Below are positions 47,501 through 59,918 of a stretch of 64,000 nucleotides of DNA, one piece after another. Numbering within the stretch: position 1 is the stretch's first letter; each line of letters starts with the position of its first letter. The notes beneath the pieces were generated by a model. The model had not been told where the DNA came from. It saw nothing but the letters and a program-made list of their open reading frames with translations, and ran no database searches. A program made the position numbers and the translations under genes. The stretch is from Phoronis australis (taxonomy: Eukaryota > Animalia > Phoronida), in contig NMRA01000112.1 in assembly GCA_002633005.1 (NCBI GenBank), forward strand, positions 322,629 through 386,628. The letters are read 5' to 3'.

Positions 47501-50500
47501 ATCTCTGTCTTAAGTCACTTTTCATGAAACAAACCCCTGGGACGGTAGAACTTAAAATCCTGGTCTCACACGTTGTTAAGCCTTATTACATGGTTAGAGG
47601 ATGTTGTAAGGAACCAAGAAGTACTTATTCCATAACTAATACACGATCCGTACTCGAAAAAAGTTTAAATGAACGCGCCACTCATGATTCGCACCCGAAG
47701 AACCACCGCCATTTTGAACATACCGTGAACCCCGAAGTACAATTCATTCAGGAACCCAGGCTATGCAAACGCCGTCAGTAAGAATGGACGAGTGCCTGTT
47801 ACCAGCCTGCAAATGGGGATAAAATAATCGACAGCGCGCCTTCATTTTAATGAAATCAAAATACGGACAATTTTATTGAATTTGCTGAAGAAATGTGGCG
47901 AATAAATTTTGAAGGAAATTAATTTGCCGGACTCGGGACCGCAGCCTACCGGACCCGGTGCGGATCGAGACCAGACACTGGCGAACGGTAAAGGCATGCG
48001 GTTGCAAGCTGTTTTGTCGAAGTAAAATGTTCAAATCATACATGCCGTATACATTCAAAGGTAGTTTCAGACACTTGCATAAAATTACGGGCTGGTTAGT
48101 CCAGTGTCACACTGCCGCGGCAGCCTTAGCTAGTCTCAGTGCCAGCTACCAATATGAAGACTAACTACAGCTTGTTAGTAGGCCTATACATTTTTGCGTC
48201 AAGGCTACCCCTAGGCCTACGTGGTCGCTGGACACAGCGCTCGCTCAAACGAGGTTTATTTAGAACTTGGGTACTTCTGGCGAACTATGCAAAGTTCTTG
48301 GCTTTCAACAGAGATTTTCCAAGACTTTGTATGAGCGCAACAAGTCTAAAAAAATGGGGGGCTGGAATTTTTGGGAATGCCTATCTTTTACTATAAGATT
48401 CACTGGGTATGTTCAGAGCTATGAATTGCAGAAGCTCAATTTTGGTACTTCCTGTCTTCTAGTGAAATATTGTCTCATTTTCTACTTTTTTCGGAATTCA
48501 TTCTTCTCTGACTGAGGCAGACCTTTTTCCATTTCTCCAAATAGGGACTCCTTCCAACACATAAGTATGACAAGTCCAATACAAAATGTTATCATTCTTT
48601 ATTCATTAAGCCAAAATGGTTCAACCTTTTAACATAAAAAGTAACTTAAAATGCACAATACTTTACAACATTTAGCATTACAAACACTGTTCAACAGCAA
48701 AAGTTTCCATGATATGAAAGTGGACATACACGTAACTATTACCATGGTGACGGAATAGTGTTTCCTTACACCAGAATTTGACAAGCATAATTGAAAAAAT
48801 ATGAAGTTGCAAGGAACAAGAATTGGAGGCTTGAAGTTTCACAATCCAACATAGCTTATTGGGGACAAACAAAACAACAAGAATAATAAATATTTTAAGT
48901 TCTATTGGGAATTATTATTGTTTTGTTTTACTTATTTCCTAAATTTTATTATTATTATTTTATCCAGGCACCAAAATGGTTGCGCGCTATATCAGGACTC
49001 TTCCATGTGTTAGACACGGCGCTTTCGAGCTTTAACGCACCAGGCTCTACGGCGATATGGGATAGATTCCCATCTAGGTTTTAACCTCAAAATCAGTGAC
49101 CGGATTTGGCCAGACGAAATGGTACAGAAAGCGATGGGAAGTATTCTAGCCCCTAACCGGCCAACCGAGGGCTACGTGTTGACTAGCCCCTGTCCTACCA
49201 GCCCGTTGATAACCTTTATACCTCGCCGCCGGGTCTCATCCCCAAAGCAGACGGGGATTGTCACAAGATATCCCACTTATACCCAAGGAAGTAGTAAAAT
49301 GGCGAGGGATTGGTTTGGGTTTGAGGGATCATTAGAATCGAAAGCAATCGGCCGCTAGAAAAGCCATCTGTGGCTACAAGTAATAAATAAGGGAAGTATT
49401 GTTTGTCCAGGACAATTAACGACGAACGGGAAGGAGTCTACTAGGTATAAACTTACGAGTGAATGTACTGTTACTTGAGGCTGGACCAACAGGAAGCTGG
49501 AGAGAAAGAACAAACAGCGCAACCATCGGACTTGGTAGGAACTAACTAGGAGTTGGATATGAAGCATGAAGGGCTGGTATTTGCCCAAATAATAGGATTT
49601 ATGTCAGAGTGCCATAAATCTCATTATTTCTCAAATTAAGATTATTCATATTGTTGACTTGATAACATGAATTAAGAAGCAATAAGTTACAAAACATGAC
49701 TTGAAAGCAATTGAGACTTACAAATTAGAAAAATATGAATCATTTTGTGAGAACCTAATCAAGCCTTGAACAGCAGTTGACAGTCAAACAAAAAACCATT
49801 TCAAAATTATTTCAACTATTTTTTTAGCTTAGTGTTAGATCACCTGAATGGGACATTCACAGTAAAATAATTCGAATATTTCTTATATTTTCCATAAAAA
49901 AACACGAAAACTGTACAAAGTTTCGTTTTTGTAGCAACGTTTGTCAAAATGTATCAACGTTAAATCTTCACAAAGTACAAAGTAACAGGTTGAACATGCC
50001 TTCTAATTCAGAAAAAGTCGCCATGTTGTCGGTGCCGCCAGAAATGAGACCTAGTCCAATGGGAATTGTGAGCACATTTATCTCTTAATAAGTAACAACT
50101 ATGAGGCTGAAATTTGGTCAAAACTATTGAATCGTGCAGAATAGTAAGTAAACGGATATGTCTCACTAAATTTCATCGTAAATTGTTGGCGAAAACAATT
50201 TACACAAAGTTTTAATCTCGTAACTTATCCCGCTGTCCTCCAATATGGCCGACGCGATCCAAACAAAGTGACCCAAATTTCGCCACAAAAATTGCAATAA
50301 CTTTACACTGCTTGCCCCGATTTTGATACTTTTTCGATTTTTACTGAGTAGTATGCACTGTCTTTTCGATGATAGCAAAGTTCTTTTTGAAAACGAGAAA
50401 AAAAATCAAAACGAAAAAAATTGGTACGACTCGTATTGGATCTTAGGTTCGACCGCCCTAAGCAACTAAACACCACTGACTACAAACTATAAATACATAA

Positions 50501-51101
50501 CATATGCAAACGAATCACGAGATATAACTAGTAAAACAAAATAATGAATACTTTTCGAGCAAGCGATAGCACATTCAGTTACAAGGAAAAAATGGCGGCG
50601 GTCAGGACAAGTTCCTGAAATGATGAGCCGGAAATGTGGGTACGGAAATAACCGATGAAAGACGATAATTATACGCTCAAAGAAGGGTCAAGTACTGTTA
50701 AAAAATCGCTTTTGGCAAGAAAGGCGAAAAGAAGATTTTATTTAGTAGTAAGTATTTTCGGATACTGGAACCACATGGGCATTGTGAGACCAGGACTTTA
50801 AATTATGTCGTCACAATTATCATGCTGCCCCTCTCCTTCCGCAGTCGCAACCACTTTCAAGAGGCACATATAGCGGCAAAACAGGAGCCCCTGTTTCATG
50901 CATGTCCGTAAGCTTATCATGTTTAGGTCAGTGCTTTCAACGGTTGCAACCGATTTTGAATCACCCTCCAGGACGAGATGTGCACCATGTTTTTCACAGG
51001 GCCCAACCAGTAGCTTATTTAGCTAAATGGATAATAAGGACTGCATACCTTAATAAACGTGAATAAATGTATACTAACAGGCCTGTCAGTATTCCCAATT
51101 A

Positions 51102-54100
51102 TAGTCCAGTCACTCTACGGATAACCCGGAAAATTGCAACAGAAGGTTTTATTGCATAAATCGTATCCTTTCACACCCATTATTGGGAAAAAAAGTCTAC
51201 CGGAATCGGAGTGGCGGAAGTTGGTTTTTCAAGATGGCGGACAAAATGGCCGCCAGATTTTCTGATGCGCACTATATCTGAGGAATGGAATGTGATAGAG
51301 TAAACATTCAAAAAGGTTTACCTTTGTTTTGTGGGTAAAAAACCATTGGAAATGGTTTTACATGGCTGTGGTGACACTGTCTGCCATTTTCAGAGATGGC
51401 CGCCAAATCTACTTGAGTCGCACAACTTCACACGAACAGATTGGTGTGTCGTCTTGCTTCAAACATCGCATCATAGGTTTTCTGGGTCGACTAATCCATT
51501 GAGACTCATTGCATTTGGCACTAATGATTACTTCCACCATTTCCAAGATGGCGGACAAAATGGCCGCCAGATTTGCAGATGATCATTATAACTCGAGAGT
51601 GGAATGTGATAGAGTAAAAATTCAAAAATGTTTACGTATCTTTTTTGGGTCAACAAATCCATTGGAAAAGTTTTGCATGGCCGTGGTGACACCATCAGCC
51701 ATTTTCCAAGATGGCCTTCAAAACTATTTCGAATCGCACAACTTCGCACAAACAGATTAGTGTGTCGTCTTGCTTCAAGTATCATAGGTTTTCTGGGTCG
51801 ACTAATCCATTTAGACTCATTGCGTTTGGCTCTAATGATTACTTCCACCATTTTCTAACATGCCCACCAAATAGTTGCTTCGTGTAAGAACTTCAGATTC
51901 CAGAGACACGCCATATCCTGAGTTTTTTAAGTCAGCACATCCATTACAATATTTTTTGTCTGGTTGTTGATGATTACGACTACCATTTTCAAAATGGTTT
52001 AACGAATAACTTTTTTGGGTCAAAAACATCAGGTGTGCCTGAACTGAAGGATCATTCTCCTTCTGAAAACATGTGCTGTATTGAAAGTAACTCTCTGCAA
52101 TTAATTCAGTCATCTACTATCCACACTGTCTGTGTCACTTCCAGTTAGTTGTAAATGCTAGTGAATCTATACACAATCAACCAGTATTTACACAACTAAT
52201 TTCTGTCAACTCAGAATTAATTGCTGCAGCTAAAACCACGGCATTCTCCACATGCAACCGAGTACACCTATCCTAACTTCTTGCAACTACATCTCTTGGA
52301 ACTGCAGTTGGTCTTACGCGAGCATCTCACTACTTTCAGCAGGTTCTCTGGTGCTGCTGAATGGCCCGTCGTCGTGGGAATGAATTTTCCACCTGCCAGC
52401 ATCCATCCCCAATACAGCGAGTCTAGGCCACTGCCACGAAAACTTGACCGCTCTGCCTCTTGATAATATGTCCCGGCAGCATGGAATTTAGCTACTGAAG
52501 AAAGGTAGTGATAATGACTGTATTTGGGCTGTGGCTAGTCAGACACCTCATCCACAAATTGCCTGTATCGCAAATCATCCAAATTTCCAAAGCCAGAGCA
52601 CAGATACAACTCTTACCAGCTTCAAATATGTCTTGCTTCAGCTGCATGTGTCTAGTGAATACTCTTAGAGTTTTTACAGAATTCTCGATCACGCAGTTTC
52701 TTGAATGGGAGAGCCTTTGCTAATACTGAACAGCTGTAATGTTGTGTTGCAACCACCCATTGCATGCGCAAATGGCCAAACTGCGCAAGTTTCGGCACCA
52801 AGCGACAACTGTAGTTCCTTGATGCCCCAGACTCTCCTCTTGCTTTGGTGTCTATTGTCAAATTTCATGAACATGAAGTAGCATGGTAACGCAAAAGAAC
52901 CAACAAGTCTGTATCGTCTGCAATAAGGGTAGTTGGACCTTGTACTGCGTTCTCTACTGCTGTTTCTACAATTAAAACAACTGCATCACCTTGAGCTTGT
53001 ACCACTGTGCAACCAGCATTTCCTAGCAAACTTGACAAGAAGTGAGTGAATCGTTTGTTTTTGTTTTTTTTTCCAAAAATGTTCCTTTTTTACTTGATCA
53101 CCATGTCACCATTGAAGTGAACTTCAGTTCCAACCACCCACCCAGTCTTTGAACATGAAATACATCTTTAGTTGATGGACCATCTCAGTAACCATCAAAA
53201 ACAACAACAGGCTGGGTGCACTTGCTGATGTAATCCACATATTAAGCTATACCAAATGACTGATACGTTGCACCTCTAGGCTATGGAATACGGTGAAGGA
53301 GAGAACCGCCGTCGATTACATGCATCACCGTGTTTTCTGGAAATTGAAATCCTCAGGTAGTCCTCCACGGGACCAGAGTGCATCAGCTCATATTGATTTA
53401 TTAGCGACTCAGGGAAGACCAAATATATCAAAAAGAACAGGGGAACCAACACACAGCTCAAACTTCAAAAGGCTTGATGAACTTTCACTGTTGTCTTTTG
53501 CAGCTGTCAGGATTCGCTGAAATAGCAGTCGTGGATCCACTTGTGTAAAATTACTATTAGCAGCATGAATTCAACAATGCTGCGGATGTCTTTGTCGTCA
53601 CGCGACTGTCTTGCCTGGGTACATTCTTTAGGCTGCTGACTTGTTTCACAACTCAAGTTTGTCACAGTCTGCATGTCACCATTTATACTTGAGCATGCCG
53701 GCAAGGAAAGCAGCCTCAGTGCACTCTGTGTATCTCCCATTTCGCAACCTCAAGTTAAACCTCCTGTTGTTTTAATTTGTTCAATTACAAGGTCTTATCT
53801 CATTATGACAAGCCTGCCCAGAATCTGTCACTTTGTCTTATGGTTTGTTGGCCGTAGACGTCTGGACGGGTGTCTTTGAGTTGCTACGTCTGCTTCAGTC
53901 AAGTATATGTATGAAAATTTTGCAAAAGAGTTGTGACCAGCAGCTGCAAAGTAAGACAGCATTTCAAAAACTACTTTTAGGTGAAGCTCCCAATCTGACG
54001 TTATTTCTGCTTTTAAAAAAGTCGAAGGGTGTCAATCATCTTCATATACTGCAGTCAAAGACTAATGATTGGACTTTGCATGGACAAGTCTGATTTATGT

Positions 54101-56013
54101 GCTTTGATTTTTATGGATACCCACAAGACACTCCGACAAGCATACATCGTCGCACACAGACGTCATGCCAGCAATAAGATCATCATACCGCTTCCGACCA
54201 GCTCTCACATCCTCATGAAGAATATCATTGGACATTGATTCTTCTGACGAACTATTCTCTGTCACTGTGGATTCTGAAGACCTATACTCTGATTCAGTCG
54301 TGTTTGAATATACCAATGGCAGCAGGTCGGAAACCAGTAGTGAACTCTCGTGAGGGCATTCCACTGTAATCCAAGGTTCAGAATTGGAAGACACTGGCTG
54401 GGCATGGCATGCCCCATAGTATACATCTAGTTATGTGATCAGTTAGGATGTCTGAGATGTCTGAAGAATCTGTCTCCATATTCTGACCAGCCAAAATTTG
54501 TGTACAAGCATTGAACCGCTCCACCTCTTGGCGTGTAATCTGTGTGTTCTGTATTGGTGACATTCAGGACTCCTGGAATTTCTGAAGAACCTGAATTTCT
54601 TTCTTCATTGGTTTTGGATTGGCGTTACTTGAACTGTCAATATTCGGAAGTGGGATGTTGAATGTTCTGGCTTTTATGATAGCATTCAGTGCTGAGTCTA
54701 CCAACATATGCCCCCTCACTGCTCTATCCACACTTTTTCCACTTAACATAAGGATCACACTGTTTGATGCATGCACCGTCTCAAGAACTCCTTGAAGCCC
54801 TGTGCTTGACATTGCGTATCCAATACATTCCAGAAAGCTCATCTCAGTATGAAATCTTCCAAACCTGGCTAAGAACAAGTGACTGCAGATCACTATCGTT
54901 TTGTTTGCAGACACTGATTTCCTCTAAAATCAGTTGCCTATGTTTATGAAAAGCATGTATATTAAACAAATTGTGGGTCCTAACTATTAAAATTTAATTA
55001 ATAACTTTTTGTTACACAATCCTATTTGCTTTTCATCAAATTCAGGTGAAATCAGCAGCCAATTCTCAATACATGCCAGCAGCAGACGAAATCGATGCTT
55101 GGGAACAACTAATAATATCTCCAGTAGCAGAGAAAAAAGCCACTTCCTGCCAAATTTTATTAAGGGTTTGTATAATGAATGAGCCAATAACTCCACCAGA
55201 ATAACATATTTTTCTAAAAAGTATTATTTTTGATACCTCAAATGAATATATTTTACAGAAAAATAATTGAGTTTGTGAAATTCATAATGAAAAGCCTTTT
55301 CTGAAAAACACACCAACTTTTATGTTATATAATCTAAAATGTGATTAAAATTCCACATTTAGTATATAAATCTTAAAAACAAATTATAGAAATAATCAAC
55401 TCATTAACCCTGACTGTACATTGTAAAATGTTTTTGTGTAAATGCGTATCAGGTTACAAACAAAGTTTGCAGAACGTAAATGCGGTAAATTGGAGTTTGT
55501 GAATTGGCAGCCATTTCGGCGGTCATTTTGTCAGCCATCTTGATTTTTTTCTCGCAAACCAGTGACCAATTGTAAGGTCCAGATATTTTAAATTGTCTAA
55601 CTTACAAAAGAATAAAACTTTTTCCATTTTCAAGGCAAAATATAAAAAGAAATCTTGCAACATGTACCAAATTTCCCTTTCGGCCGTCATTTTGTCGGCC
55701 ATATAGGTTTTATTTTACGGAAAATTGGAATCTTTTGATTGGTATGCCTGTTATGAAAAGTATATAATCAATGACAAACTTTATTGTTTTATTTTTAGCT
55801 GTTTCATAGGAGTGATATGCCAGAAAACAGTAATCACCGGTTTTGTCGGCCATTTTTTCCGCCATCTTGAAAAACCGACTTCCGCCACTCCGATTTCGGT
55901 AGATTTTTTTTCTGACACCAAGGGATGTTTGAAGATGCCATTTATGCAAAAAAAACTTCTGTTGCAATTTTTTTCTAGGTTGGGCCCTCTGGAGCCCTAG
56001 AATGACTGGACTA
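51102..56013 (-). mobile_element. Academ (AcademX-type) DNA transposon with both TIRs and a decayed transposase/XPG-like gene
   Basis: Termini TAGTCCAGTCACTCTA / TAGAATGACTGGACTA with ~150-bp TIRs and TTA/ATA flanks. Minus fragments FGRFHTEMSFLECIG..MLSGKSVDRAVRGH, YFAAAGHN, DLVIEQ, VVFDGY, DDTDLLVLL, HAMGGCNTT and a C-terminal Cys cluster CSSKRCSCKK..ACGEC. A ~314-bp internal tandem repeat spans 51228-51856. Confidence 0.88.
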
Positions 56014-57389
56014 ATAGCACACTTTCAGCCTATGCAAATTTGCTTTTTTTATTCTCAAAGCCTATTGACTGTTTAATTGACACAAGAAAAGTGACTAGGT
56101 TTGTCACAATTCAAATTTGATAATTGTACCTATTGCTAACTGTTACAGATTCAAGGGTGCATTGACAAAACTAAGCACCATTATGAAGTGAAACAACACT
56201 CTGACACAAACTGCACACATGTGGATCTAGGATGTTTCAGGGGTAACCAGAGCTTTGGAAGGAAAACGATAAAAGGTTATTCCTAGTGTCATGTCAGCAT
56301 TGTTTTCTTTCACAGAGTCACATGTGTGCATAGTGATTGTGCTTAACTGGATTTCCAAAACTGTCTTTATAAGAAATACTCTCAGGCATTAGCAAAATAG
56401 AGATGACAGGTTGCTTCTTATAGATCTTTTCACTGTAGTGGACACTTCTCAGCATCTGCCACAGGTACACCCTGATGACAATCACAGCTGGTGATACCCA
56501 CCATCACCACCCTGTGAGCGTGGACATAGCAAGTTGAATAAAGTTTTGTGAGGCTGAAAAAAACAAACCACATTATTTTTGAGTAATAGTTTAAACATGA
56601 CCTCAACATGAAGGGGAGTTTTGTTTTTAACAACATTCGTGTTGGTGTTTTCATAGCTGCAAATTGGTTGTTGTTCTTCAAAAAGCCATTGGTCCACTAC
56701 TAATGAAGTTTTAAGACAATATAATTTTCAGCATTTCATGTGGCATGTTTTTAGTGATACATAACAAATGTATTTTATTACATGTTCTGTTTTGTTACCT
56801 ATTAATCTTGTGTGATTACTGATGAAAGAATACAACAAGAGTGACTTGATAACACAAAAGTTATGTACAAACCGGTTCTATTCCGTCAAGAAACGAAAGT
56901 AGTTCTTGCCTAGAAATTCCAAGCATACCTGCATGTGAAGAGACCGAACATCAATGGCCACCTAAGCCTATTCCTGTGCACATGGCTCAGTACTCGAATC
57001 ATGTTGTCACTGTTTCTTGAGTGGTGTTGTTATTGCTGGTGCAGTGGTGATGCACGCTACGATGATCCTTTAAAAACATGACAATCATACAAAATGCCAG
57101 TTTGAGCAGTACATGGATAACATTGATCAATACATTCCATAGAATACACAATAATGCGAAAGTGTGAGTGTACTTCAAATTGAAACTTCACTGTTCTAGA
57201 AGTTTTCAGACCAGTTAAGTTTAGTTCCTACGTTAACTTGCCAACACGTATACTAGAAGTCTGAAAACAACCGACATTCAAGGAGGATAGATGATTTTCG
57301 AAGCACTCTTTAGGCCCTCTGCCATGTAAACTGATGGATTGATTTCTTGATAACGTGAGTCTGCAAGGGCCTAGTCGCATACTCAAATT

Positions 57390-59120
57390 CCAAGTTTGAT
57401 TTTGCTCTCTCATATTTTTGGTATTTGAATATGAATTCCTGCACAGTCAAGAACAGTTTGAGTGTTACTGAATTTATTAAAAGCGGGTGGCAAATATTTT
57501 TTGTTTTTGTTAACAGAAGGCAACGTATTCATTAGCCTTGGCGCAAAGCTGTTTACTAAATATACAACTTTGCACCAATGTGGGTAAAACGTGGTAAGAT
57601 AAAATCTGACACAAAATTATTGTCGTTAAAAACTGCAGTCTTCCTTGAGTAAATTAAATTATTTAACGGTGTTGGAAAAAATGTCGTTCTGCCGTTATTC
57701 TTCTGCTAAAGTTGTGGAGCGATCTTTAGCGACAGCTTTCGGCGCCATGAAATATTGCGTCACCTAATGGCCGATTCTTCAATCAACTGTACTTCTTCCA
57801 TGAGGTTGCGTAAATGCCACAACAAATTATCGGAACTGGTTTCATATAGTGTTTAGAATTTTGATACCGAAAAACTGAATTTCAGAACAAATTTTGTTGC
57901 TGCGAAGTTGTCGCAAAAATTTAGGAAATTGCGCGTGCGCGTGACACGAGCGTACTGTTTTCAAAACGCCGACATGTTAGAAAAGGCGAGGAGTTACGCA
58001 AGAAAATGACGTTTATTGCATTGTTTTTCACTTAAACGGCTGTAACGGGCAAGGTGTGTGTCGGTTAATTCATAGATTTTGCGTGCACCCCGTCCGGTCT
58101 TTAGCTTTACATGTTGATACAAGTTTCACAGCTAGGTGACGAGCAGAACTACCCTGGCTATGTGCAAATTTTGGGTTATACGGAAGAAACACACACAGCG
58201 GTACCTAGCTGTATTTTGACGACAGTCTTCATACAGCTAGCTGGCTGGCTACGTATTCATGCAATTTTGACAAAGAATTCTATCCAACATATGGATCCAT
58301 GTAGTAACCGTAGTTTTAGAGAATCCAAAACGGTAGGATATATCCAGATGTTTCAGATTAAGCCTAAGCTGCACGAGCATCATACACTGTTCTGACATGC
58401 GCAGTATCACATTCCACCCATTCCAATAATTGAAAGCAAATCTCGAGCACAACTTGATCAAATATAAAAAGTAGCACAGTTTTGCAGTCCACTGTACATG
58501 GATACTACTGCATCGTCACCCTAATACCATATACTGAGAATCTTATGGAGCCATTGTTCAATTTCTTCTTCAGTACTGAGATCTCCCTCTCTTGGGACCC
58601 GATAATAGCTTCGTTGACAAGGGGGTCAACACTAACTCGAAAGGGTGGCAACGAAATAATGGAATTAGAAGGAATGGGATCGACAGGATTGACTTTTTTC
58701 TTTCGGGTTGGCTCAGTATCACTGTACTTGAGATGTACCTTGAAGCAATGTTGAATCAATTAATATCCTTCATACTCTCAACAAAATGACAGCTGCACAG
58801 GCGATCTGAGGAAGACTGTAAAACAAACATGAGACTTGAAGTACATGCTACAATTTGCCTTCCTAAAACTACTTTGAGCTAGTGAAGTAGTAACACGAAT
58901 TCTCAAACCGTGTGCGTCTATAAACTCTTTTTACAGCAACATTTAAACTGCAACGATTCAAAGACTTCAATTCGTTACAATTCGATTATTTTTTCTAGAT
59001 TCGATTTTTACGATTCGATTAATAAAAAATACAATAAGGTATAAATCTCTTATTTCTACCTCACACACCGGAAACTCCGTCCACTGATAGACATAAGGTG
59101 AAAGGCATACATGGTTACAT
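57390..59120 (-). mobile_element. Decayed THAP + HTH + DDE_Tnp_4-type transposase (ISL2EU/Harbinger-like)
   Basis: THAP-like DRLCSCHF after an acceptor at 58816, RFSV..DD..MYSGL, HTH LRLNLKHLDISYRFGFSKTTV..WI, and catalytic-region NTQTVLDCAGIHIQIP..QNQTW. Confidence 0.75.
57533..58251. mobile_element. Non-autonomous TAG..CTA element with exact 9-bp TSD CGTATTCAT (AcademH-like), inserted in the transposase
   Basis: CGTATTCAT at 57524-57532 and 58252-58260. Removal rejoins ..CMNT to LPS.. in the host reading frame. Confidence 0.7.
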
Positions 59121-59269
59121 CAGTGAGTCAAATATGGCCATCTTCAAAGATAAAAAGAAAATGGAGTCATTTATTCAAGTCAAAAACAACTAGTATGAGC
59201 TCCAGTTAAACTAGCCGTAGCTAACTAATCAAAACAATTGACATCGCCTATCACGGGCACATGGTTTCA

Positions 59270-59810
59270 TGGATTTGTCAAGATACATACTAGAACGTGC
59301 CTGGTGAGGTAGTCTTGGATATGCTTTTTAAAATAATTGAGATCTTCAAGAATGTTAATGTTTGAAGCAAGCCTTACATTTCCTTTTTGAAAACCCTTTG
59401 CACTCCGAAACCAAAATATTTTCAGACTTTAATTTTTTTCTGGCAAGTCCAAGAGCCTGCCGTCTACCATGCTGAATTAACTGCTGTGCAACACCGCCAA
59501 TGATTGGACGAGATTAGACTCTTTCGGCCAATGAAAACGGTTGTTTTGTACCTCTCAAGGAAAATAGCCAAAAGAGATCACAACGCTGTCAAGCGAATAA
59601 GACAGTTTGTTCGCAAACAACAAGATGTCGACCGGGACTACTTTTGGACCTGTTTTGGCCAGCATATTTATGATTTGCGCCAATGAATCCTTTAATGGTA
59701 GTACGCCTTTACATGTATATTATCGTAGAAACGGTGACGATACTTTCTTAGTTTTTGAAAATGCTACCATTGCAGAACAGTTTTTCCAGTGGATTCGCAG
59801 CACCCAGCAT
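59270..59810 (+). mobile_element. Penelope-like RT fragment
   Basis: GTTFGPVLASIFM..YYRRNGDDTFLVF..AEQFF..QH corresponds to PLE MGSPLGP.LANIFM..YRRYVDDTF. Confidence 0.75.
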
Positions 59811-59918
59811 GATGCTTCGGGGAAATTTGTTGGGCATAATGCTGTCATATTATGTACCTCTTTACGCTGATTGGTTGAGAATATCTCTGGGGCTCTCGAA
59901 GCTACAGGGCTACGAATT

